Positions 42,101 to 53,653 of a stretch of 64,000 nt of DNA are shown one piece after another. Every line of letters begins with the position of its first letter. The stretch's first letter is position 1. Made by a program: the position numbers and the translations under genes. The notes below the pieces were generated by a model. It had not been told where the DNA came from and did no database searches. It saw only the letters and a program-made list of their open reading frames with translations. This DNA comes from Octopus sinensis (Eukaryota): the NCBI RefSeq assembly GCF_006345805.1, contig NC_043006.1, positions 29,016,001-29,080,000 of the forward strand. The letters run 5' to 3'.

Positions 42101-45100
42101 AATTTTGAATTCTTCTGTTATAGCTTGGAGGATTATAAAAAGAGTGAACTAAGAACTGAACCTTGGTGAACTTCTACTCATATGCTAAATTCATCATTAT
42201 ATTCATGGCTGACTCTCACCTTTCAGAGGGTATCACTGTACATGGCTTGTATAGCTCTAACAAGCCACTCCTTTACTCCTAACTTCCTTAGAGACCACCA
42301 GATAACAGAGTGGGGAACTTTGTCGAAAGCATTATTCAGATTGACAAAAACTAAGTACAATGGCTTACTTTTGACCAAATACTTTCCCTGTAGCTGTCTC
42401 ATTAGGAAGATGTCATCTGTGGTACTCTTCCCAAGTACAAAACCAAACTGCATCTCATCTAATTTAATTTTACTCCCAATCGAGCTATGACCCTCTCAGT
42501 AACTTTCATGACCTGGTCTAGCAGTTTGATACCTTTGTAGTTGTTTCTGTCTAAGGCTTCACCTTTACCCTTGTAGCAGCTAACTTTAATATTGCTACAC
42601 CAGTCATTGGGGATGGCACCTTCCTGAATAACCTGATTAACTATATGGGTGACTAAGCTTTAATCATCTCGGCAGTGATTCTTGATAGCCCAGGGGCTTT
42701 CCTTGTCTTCATATCCTTAATTATCTTATTTATTATGCTGCTATCTACTCTATCATTGATTGAATTGGGTCAATATATTACTGGTATTTAAAATACATTT
42801 TAACGTAAAATAAAGATTTCCACACAGTAAATTATATTTCCTTCATATAATCAAATGAAGTGCTAGCCATTCTTGGGATAATATAATGTTAGACTAAATA
42901 CTTTACCATAGTTTTGGGATCACTCTAATTAGGTACCTGTAATATGCTGGATACCAAGTAAGTAGAAAAACACTTTGTTTCTAATTGACAAATTATTACA
43001 TTTGTATTAAAATGATTATTGCTGAAATTTTGTTTGTCTTTAAATTATTTCCATTCTATATCTAGTGTGCAACAGTTGGTAGCAGAAAAACAAGATAAAT
43101 TGAAGAAATCTCTCCAGTATTTCCAGTTTCTTCAGGATCTCCAAGAAGAAGATCAATGGGTTGATGAAAAAACCAAAATCTTGAAAACTAAAGCCCTCTC
43201 TAAGGATCTGAAGGCAGCTTTGCGTACACTGAAGAAATACGAGGTAATATATTTCATTCCAACCGTTTGAATATTTAAATCCACTTTTGATTTTTGGTGA
43301 TCACAACTTGAAATTTTGGGGAAATTTGGAAATACTTTGAAATGGATAAGTTTCCAACAATCTAATTTCAATGAATAGTTAACACTAACTTATTTTAACA
43401 AGTAAAAAAACATTTATAGAATTGCATTGTTGCTGTATAGGAAATTATATGAAAGCATTTTATAACATAATGTTAATTATACATGAAGAATATTTTCTAC
43501 TCTAGGCACAAGGCCCGAAATTTGTGGGGAGGGGGCCAATCGATTAGATCAACTTGAGTACACAACTGGTACTTAATTTATCGACCCCAAAAGGATGAAA
43601 GGCAAAGTTGACCTTGGCGGAATTTGAACTCAGAGCGTAAAGACAGATGAAATACCACTAAGCATTTCATCCGGCATGCTAACGTTTCCACCAGCTTGCT
43701 GCCTTATACACAAAGAATATTGTGTGATGGTTTCACAATGACCTTTAGAATTTCTCTAAATATCACTGTCATATCAGAATCAAACATGAATTTCATTTGT
43801 AGCTAGACAACTTTTGATTGTTCACTGTAGTTTTTAATTGTCATTAATATTTGTAAATAACACAGAAGAATGTACAATTGATACATTGTCTTTGTTTTCA
43901 CATCATTGTGGCATTGTGCTTGTCTCCTGTAGGTAGCATAATTAAGTCAATTAATTGTAAACGGTGGGTTAGTTTGTGTACTGTTTGGGATTAATGCTGT
44001 TTTTAGAATTTTAATAACTCAGAAAATATGGTGAAAAAAATCAATGTTGTAATAAGGGGAACAAATATTGATCCCTTGATTATATATAAGGTTAGATATT
44101 GTAATTAGTAAATTAAAGGATCTTTTCGGTTTGAACGGCAGTTTTTTCTAGCAGTATCATATGAAATTGTCACCCATAATTATGACCCTAGTATCGGTCT
44201 ATTGCATTTCAATCTATTTTAGGGTTAGGGTTAGTTAAGGTTAGTTAGGGTTAGGGGTGGGGGGAAGGGTATCTTTTTTTCTTCACAAATGTAAATAAAC
44301 CCAATCTGTTTCTTAAACAAGGGACATATTCATACGGCACAGAATGTTTTTTACCTCAATAGACGTATTTGATTGGTTGAAATTGCAGAAATTGAAGAAG
44401 AAAAAACAACAAATATCTTACAAACCATAGAATTTTTTCAATAAAGCCAAGAGAAAAAGATGTTTTATAAACACATTCTACCAGTATACGAAGTTTAAAA
44501 TTTTTTAGTTGCCTAGAAATTATGTTAAAAACTGCCGTTCAAACCGAAAAGATCCAAATTAAACTTACCTCAGACTATAACAGGTATTTTATTGCCCCTG
44601 GAGAGAAGGAAAAGTAAATCAATAAAATGTAGTATTTGACCATGAAACCAGGAATTTTGTTTGTCATAACACTCAGTTATCTCTGTCATTTCCTCCACCA
44701 TGCTAAATAAATAGAAGAAAAAGAGAATATTTCTATTTGTACTTTTTTTGCTAAGGATTTAAGTATATAAATAATAGTTTATTTTTGTTTTCTTTTTTTC
44801 CCCTCTTTTAATTTGTTCAAAGGCTCAAGAAGCTGAGGTTAATGTCCATGATCAGCTCGGAAAATCACTCTTAGGAACAGGTGCTAAGTTAAGATCTGCA
44901 GGATATTCTTTTCCATCAAAGGATGGTACTGACAGACTAAAAAAGTTTGAGGACAAATGGCAACAACTAAGAGAGCTGATGCGAAATCGCAGAGTTTGGT
45001 TGGAAGACTCAATAGAAGCTCAGCAAGTAAGACTATTTGTTTTTGTGTATCATCATCTGCATCAATTATCTTACATATTTGCTATCTCCTGATTCTTAAT

Positions 45101-47608
45101 TTTATTCTGTTGCACTACTTTTAGTTTTATGCTGATGCAAATGAGGCTGAGTCTTGGATGAAGGACAAGCTGACTGTGGTGTGCAGCAATGACCGTGGCC
45201 GTGATGAAACTAGTGCCAAGGTAACAAATACATGTATTTTATCTTTTGCTGTTTTCTAGTAGAATATATTTCGTTTTTGGATTTGTTTTGCAAGATTCTT
45301 TATATGTCAAGAGTCAAGACTATTGAAAAGGTTGCAGGACGCAACGAAAATTTTAGAAAATAAAAATAAGAAATAAGTAGAAATTTTACCGGTGAGTGTG
45401 TTAAATAATAAGGTACTAAAAGAAAATGACTCTCCCCAGACACAACAGAATAGTAGAATATTTTTGTTGTTCTGCAGCTTCAGAGCCTTGATCAAAGGCA
45501 TTCTAGTTCTTTTTCTAAGATGCTAGAATGTGATTTCAGAGAGATTTGGTTGTTGTTTCTAGCCAATTTAGTAACTACACATAGAGGCTCACTCACTAAC
45601 CTAAGTTATCATAGGTTAACCACAGAAATAATAGATACAGGAGATGTGATGAAATAGATTATATTGATATTAGATAATGAAATGCTATAGAGTTTCAAAA
45701 GATGGAAATATGCTGTTCTGTGGATGTGGCTAGTTTTACTACTTTGGGTAAATGGACATTGGTGTTATGAGCTAATAATGTCTTGAAGTTAAGCTTGTAA
45801 AACTAATAATATTTCTTCTGCATCCCTCCACCTTCCCCAACTCGTGCATCATTGGTCATTCCACTTGTCCCTTATCTGCCACTCCTTCCATCCACCCTTC
45901 AACTCCCTCTTTACAGTTACCTACCCACCCTCCCTGCTCTCAACCCCCATTTCTCCTACACTGTACACTCTTGAAAATCCCTGTCCACATATACACACCC
46001 TTTTCTTCCCCCCCTCCTCCCTGATCATTTTCACTCTTCTGCATGTCACTAGCCATGTAGCTCCTTTAGTATGAGAAAAGGGATGGGCAGTAGCCTTGTA
46101 GTTTTTCAGTATGGCTACTGCCCTCCTTTCTCTTGTACTTTAACTTATATCCCACCATAAACCTGTTTCCCACCCCACCGTCCAGCTTTATAGTCTTGCA
46201 AGCAGCATGTTGGGTAGTATGAACACAAACATTTATTCCATGCTGTAAAATGGTTAGTGTTAGGAAAGGCATCCAGCCATAGAAACTGGAGAGCAATACT
46301 GTCTTTGGACCCATTGGATCCTGTCAAGGTGTCCAATCCATTCCAGTATGTAGCTTGAATATTAAATGATGATAGCACTATATGGTTTTTCTTTTTTGGT
46401 TTTAGTCAAATTCTTAAAAGACTGCTAAACTGTGTAATCTAAAGAGTACAAGACTTTGAGCTGTGTGGACTAATCAGTTGAAATTGGAATTCTTAGTATT
46501 GCCAATTTCTTGCTTTGATTTTTATTTGATCATCATTAGACACCTGATTCCTTCATAGCATGACACCCATCACCACTGCCATGATTTATGAAACGGTTAA
46601 ACTAATTAGAGAGGTTAATATCTTAAGATTTTAATGGATCATATGTTTGTTATTTTGTCTCCTCTAAAAATCTTAGTTTCTTTTCTAGGCATTGCTGGTG
46701 CGACACCATCGACTTATGAAAGAAATTGATGCTTTTAGTCCTGAGATTGAACGTCTTCGAGAACTTTCTATTCTTATGACCAAAGCTGCTAGTGAACACA
46801 ATGTAAGTTTTATTTAGAATCAATCATAGAACACAATTCAATAAATTGTAAAAGACGAGGTTGGCAGAAACTTAAATGTCTTTAACATATTAATGGCTGT
46901 TTATACCTGAGTAATTTGCTTTGTCTTTCACTTCATGCTTGTTATATTGATCAAAATTCTCTAGGTTTGTATGATCAGACAGTCTTTCTTTTCTGGTTGG
47001 ATACATGTGACATTGTTGCCCACTTTCATCATTTCCATTCCTGTTCTTTAGATCTCACATCCCTACCTATTATACTCTGTCACTTGTTGCCTGACTAATC
47101 TGGTTTGTCTGCAGAAACTGGTTCGATTATTTTTTAAAGTTTATTCTCAGATCATAAACCTGGTCTGAGTGGACCCCACTAAAGGGATCCGTGTGTCAAA
47201 TTGAAACTGTTAAACTGGGTCCTGAATTTAGTCTCATAATCATTCAATTGTCATATATGAATAGAAATCCGTTTACTTTTGAGTCATAAAGCTAGTAAAA
47301 CTAAACTGTGGCATGCTTTGAACTTTTCAGTTATTGTTTAATCTATTCACTATTTAGATATCTCCTGATAAATTTGTACGCCACATGGAAAATGGAGAAA
47401 ATGATGCTGATGAACTCGATTCTGACGTGGAGCCAGCAGTTGTGGAAAAAGAAGTTTATAAAGATGTCTTAGTAAAAAAAGAAATACCACAAGTTAAAAT
47501 ATTATTTGGCTATCAAAATCCTAAAGATGGTAGCAGCATTAATAAAGGAGAAGTGAGTATAGAAATATATATTCTGAAAATTTCTAGACTTGAAAAAAAT
47601 TGAATACA

Positions 47609-47642
<34 letters not shown>

Positions 47643-50600
47643 GGCAGTGAGCTGACAGAATTGTTACCATGCCAGGCAAAATGCTTAGCAGCATTTTGTC
47701 CGTCGTGGTCTGAGATCAAATTCTACTGAGGTCAACTTTGTTTTTATCCTTCCAGAGTTGATAAAGTAAGTACCAGTTGAGTACTGGGGTTGCTGTGATC
47801 AACTTACCCCTCCCCACAAATTTCAGGCCTTGTACCTATTGTATAAAGGATTATTATAACAGAATTGTTAGCATGCCAGGCAAAGCGTTTTGCAGCATTT
47901 TGTCTGCCTTTACATTCTGAGTTCAAATTCTGCCAAGGTTGACTTTGCCTTTCATCCTTTTGGGGGTCAATGAAAAAAGTACCAGTTACGTACTGGAGTT
48001 GATGTAATTGAATTTTGCCCTCCCCCAAAGCTTTAGGCCTTGTGCCTATAGTAGAAAGGATTATTGTTTTTATCATTATGATTATTGAGTGAGAGCAACA
48101 TATGCCATCAAAATGACACTGGGGTACAAATATACAAAACCCAATATACCCAGCATGACTACTTGTTTGTTAAGGGTACACTAGCCACACGCACCACAAC
48201 CATATGTGCACAACATGGTAATATCATATCAAGATATACAGTGCATGACCTTACTAGAATTTTCTTCAGGTTGAGTAACCCATCCTGCTCAAAAGGTCCC
48301 TGAATAAGGGTTGTTTAAGGATGATGAATAAAACACCCGTGTTTCCAGAAGTGAATTATTCAAATTCTGAAGAATTCTTCCCAACACATGGCTATGGTGC
48401 TCCCCTACTACATCTTCTTGTGGTCAGAGATGCATGTTTTGTCAGCACCTAAGAGACATGCTCAACTGATTAAGGTCAAGCAACTGACAAGCAAATCTGT
48501 GGTGTTGATTCATTGATGTATTATCTTTGGATGTTCTTATACATTCCTTTCTTCTGTTAATTCCTCTCCATACATTCATTCTACTGTAGAATAAAAATAT
48601 AGCATTTATTTTCTTGAAAGAATATGATGTCATTACAAAAGAGAGCTGCAAGAATCTCAAATGGCCAATATTTTAATTTACAAAATGCTATTTATTTAAA
48701 AATGTTCTTGAACAGATTTAAATTATCTAAGTTTAAATCGTATTGAGGAGTTGTTTGTGAACAAATAGAATTTGAATTTTTCAATCAATTAACAATTTTA
48801 CAAATATGTATCAAGGTTAGTATAACTAAAATTTGGAGGATTAAAAATTTTTTAAATGATAAATATATATATATTCTGATTTATATATATTTTTAATAAA
48901 AATTAAATGAATAATTGAACCTTTAACACAATAATGATTTAAAGGTTCAATATAAAGGATTTATCAAAAGTTGAACCCCTTGATTATTTTTTATACAATA
49001 AGAATTATTTCAGTTAGACGTAAAATTGTAGCTTAGCCTTATTTCATAAGGCAGTCTGTTGATTTCTGACTTTAACTATGGTTAAGGTCACTTTGTCACC
49101 TGGTGGCTGTGTAATGAATATCAAGTGTTTTGCTTTTAATTTTCTAACCTGTCAACAGTGACTTCTTTTGCTAATTCATTTGTATATTGTATTCCATGAT
49201 AATTACAAAGGTGGCTGATTTGATTAAGAAAGCCAATGAAGAATGGTGGTGGGTAATGAAAGCTGATGGCACAGGGCTGTATGTTCCCAAAACATATGTG
49301 AAAGAAACAGCTCCTCGTGTTATCCAAGAAACAAGGAAGAAGTTGGTTACAGTAAAAGAAGTTGTAAAATCTCCAGCAGCTGCACCTTCCCCATTGCATA
49401 GGACGCCATCTGGTGAGTAATTGATAATGCAATTAGTTTTGTGTTAATTGTGAAATGTGTGGTGGATTAAATTTTTATATTATATTCTGTCCCTTTGATA
49501 AGACATTCTGTTTTTCCCAATCTAAGAAATAACATGGAATCAAGACAAGGAAAGATAGTGTTCTGAGGCCCCTGTTCCACCTAAGCCATTTGGTGAAATA
49601 GATATTAAATGATACTTATGGATGCAGACATGACAGGGAAATTAAAGAATTTTCTTTACCAGCTTGTGGTTCCGAGTGTGGCACTCTGCACAAATGTTTT
49701 CTATACCTTTAGGTTGACCAATTTTTTATGAGTAGTATTAGGTAGATGGAAACTTTGTAGAAGCCTATATATGCTTACATCATAATCATCATTTAACATC
49801 TGTTTTTTCCATGCTAGCCTGGGATAGATGGTTTGACCAGAGCTAGCAAGCTGGAGAGCTTCACCAGGCTCTAAGTCTGATTTGGCATAGTTTCTACAGC
49901 TGGATGCCCTTCTTAATGCCTATTATTTTACACAGTTTGCTGGGTGCTTTTAATGTGGTACAACACAAGAGCTTTTACATGACACTGGAATGAGTGCTTT
50001 TTATGTGGCACTGGCACAGGGGTCTTGCAGGCCAATCCTCTTCACCAGTGGGGGGAGGGCAGAGTGGACTTGACACTTCTACTGTGGAGTATGGGAATTC
50101 TTGAGTATAGCAAGGCACCCTGAAAGGTTCAGTATCTTGAGGTCATCTTTCAGCACTTCGTACCATGTCTTCCTGGGTCTCCCTCTTCCATGTGTTCCAT
50201 CTACTTTGAGAGATTCAAACTTCTTTATGGAGATGTCAGCATCCATCTACATCACATGACCAAACCAACCCAGTCTTGTCTCTTGTACACAACAACTAAT
50301 TCTTCTTATGCCTAACTTCTCTCTGAAAGCACTAGCACTCTATCAAACATGTACACTTACATTACACATCCAGTGGAACATACTAGCCTCATTCCTCTCT
50401 AACATTTGCATGTCCGATGCATTCAGGGCCCACATCTCACTACCATGTAGAATTACTGTCCGTATAGTGAAGCAAGACCTGCAAACATTGGGCCTCACAG
50501 AGGCAATAACAAACAACCGAGACTTTGGAGATATGTGCTTGAGAAGACCTGTTGAGTCAAGTGAAACAGTTGTTGTGGCTGATGCCAATACTACCTGACT

Positions 50601-53600
50601 GGCACCCATGCAGGTGGCATGTAAAAAGCACCATTTGAGTGTGGTCAATGCCAGTGCTGCCAGACTGGTTCCCATGCCAGTGGCACATAAAAAGCACCAT
50701 TCGAGCATAGTCGATGCTTGACTGACCTCAATGCCAGTGGCATGTAAAAAGCACCCACTAAACTCACAGTGGTTGGTTTTAGGAAGGGCATCCAGCTTGT
50801 AGAAACCTTACCAGATTAGATTGGAGCCTGGTGCAGCTGCTTGGCTTGCCAGTCCTCAGTCAGACCATCCAACCCATGCCAGAATGGAAAGCGGATGTTA
50901 AACAATGATGATGTTGATATATGCAACATACAATCTTCCTTTTGCTTGGAGCAAGAAACTTTTGGTAGCCAACCTCTGTTGGTATACGCTTTCTGAATTT
51001 CCTCCATCTTATTCTTATTCTAGCTATTACATTCTCCATACATCTTCCCCCAATACTAATTTGGCCCCCTAGGTAGCAGAAATTATCCACTACCTCTAAT
51101 GAACCACAGGACATTTGAGAGAATCAATTTCCTGAGTATATGTAGTTTTTATGGCTCCTGTGCATCTTCACATACGAACTCTTACTTTCTCAGATAACCT
51201 TCCTATTATTCCACTGCACCTCTTGTGTGTCCATAGCTTACAGTGGGCACACTGTATGGAGTTCCTGCCTACACCTTACCTACAAATTGGGCAGAGCCAC
51301 CTACCTGAAAGGGGTAGGGTCCTGTCTGTTTTCTTGCTTACTAAGACCTTAGATTCTAGGTTTTGCTTCCACACCTGGAATTTCTCTTCTAGTTCAGATA
51401 TGGAATCTGCTATGAGGGCAAAATCATCAACATATAATAGTTCCCAGGAGCTGCTGGTGTTGAATTCGTCTGTTATGGCGTGGAGGACAAGAATGGAAAG
51501 GAGGGGACTGAGCCTTGATGAATACCTTCCAGTACATCAAATTTTTTGCTGTACTCATGTTTACCCCTCACCCTACTGACAGCATCTTTGTACATGGCCT
51601 GTACAGCTTTCACAAGCTGCTTGTCTACCCCTAGCCTCATCAGAGCCCACCATATCACATGGTAGAGTACTCTATTGAAGGCTTTCTCTCGGTCAACAAA
51701 TGCCAAGTATAAGGGTTTATTCTTAACTAAGTACTTCTCTTGCAGTTGCCTGACTATCAAAATATCATCAGTGGTGCTTCTCCTCAAGATGAAGACAATC
51801 TGCAATTCATCTAGCTTAATTCTGCTCCTAATTAATTGGGCTATAACTCTCTCCATAATTTTCATCACCTCGTCCAAGCGTTTGATGCCTCTATGACTGC
51901 TTCTATCTGAAGCATCTCCCTTACCTTTCTAGCAGCTAACAATAATGCTGCTGCACCAGCTTTGTCAGATGTTTAAAAACTAAAATATGATGGACAGACA
52001 AGTATAGGTGACTTGTTGTAGAGGAAATACATTGTTATGTCACATTATATAGGAGTGGATGAGGGTAAGTGAGGAGATAAAGATGGCAATGTGGAGTGCT
52101 AGAGCGAGGTACAAGAGAGTGAGCATGAGAAGATACAGATAGTAGGTTATGGAAGGGGAGGAAAGGTTGGATAATTTCATAGGTGTGTGAGGAGATTAAC
52201 AGTTGCAGTTGGTTAAAGAGAGGGTGGTAGAGGTGAATATAGTGAATGATGAACGAAAGTGGATTTATGGTTGATAAGAAATACCTATTTCTTTATTACC
52301 CACAAGGGGCTAAACACAGAGGGGACAAACAAGGACAGACATAGGTATTAAGTCGATTACATCGACCCCAGTGCATAACTGGTACTTATTTAATCAACCC
52401 CGAAAGGATGAAAGGCAAAGTCGACCTCAGCGGAATTTGAACTTACAACGTAACGGCAGCCGAAATACCGCTAAGCATTTCACCAGGCGTGCTAACGTTT
52501 CTGCCAGCTCACCGCCTTATAAGAAATACCAGTCCAGAGATAGATGTGGCTCAAGAAGAATAGATCTGAAAGTAGGGGCATGAAGCACAAGGTATAGGCA
52601 TGGTGAGGAATGAGATGTAGGGTACATGAGAGTGGTTATATTGAATAGAGCATGATGGTAGATATGAGAGGGTGCCAAGGAAGACAGCTTATATGTCTTT
52701 TAAAATGGAGTGTGTCAGAGGAAAGAGGTAACTGAAGATACAAAAAGTAGGTGAAAATGATTTGAGCGGGGAAGGAAGGATAATGGAAATAAGGGATGGA
52801 AGTGGTTTCAGAGAAGGGGGAGGAGGAGGTAAGTGGTATTATTGAGAAAAAATTGGGCATTGGAGTAATGTCTGCTGAGACTGTCCTCAAGTGATTGCAG
52901 CTACCAAGGAATTACATAGACAGAGGAGTGATGGAGGGCTGGGTGTTAAGGTGTTGGCAATGCTTGACAGAACAGAATGGGTTATGAGCATAAACAGAAT
53001 GCTTTTAGGACATACTTTTTGCTGTGGTGAGCAGGTCTTCTCAAGTACAGTGAATTTCTAATCACTTCAGTCCTTTGTCATCCCCTTGAGGCTCATCATC
53101 TTCAGATCAGCCTTCACTAGTTTGTCCCATATCTTCCAGGGTCTCCCTCTTCCACAAGTTCCATCTACTTTCATTGACCAACACTTCTTTATGCAGCTAT
53201 CCTCATCCATACACATCACATGACTGACCTAGTGCAGTCTTTTCCCCTGCACACCACATTCTGACTCCTCTTATGCCTAATTCTTCTCTCAACACATTTA
53301 CACTTTGCCATTCATGAACACTGATTTTGCACATCCATTGGAGCATGTTAGTCTCTTTCCTCTTTAGTTTTTGTATGTCCTCTGTACTCAGGGCCCAGAC
53401 CTCATGACCATTGTAGCATTGTTGTTTATACACAAACATCCTACAACCTGCCTTTCACTCCGAGAGGGAGAGAGAACTTTAGTTACCAGAGGTAATAGCT
53501 CTCTGAACTTTCTTCATCTTCTAGTAATTATACCTTCAGAGCACCTGCCCCAACTGTTAATAAGGTCGTCTAGGTAACAGAAATTATCCACTACTTTCAA

Positions 53601-53608
53601 GGAGCTTC

Positions 53609-53653
<45 letters not shown>

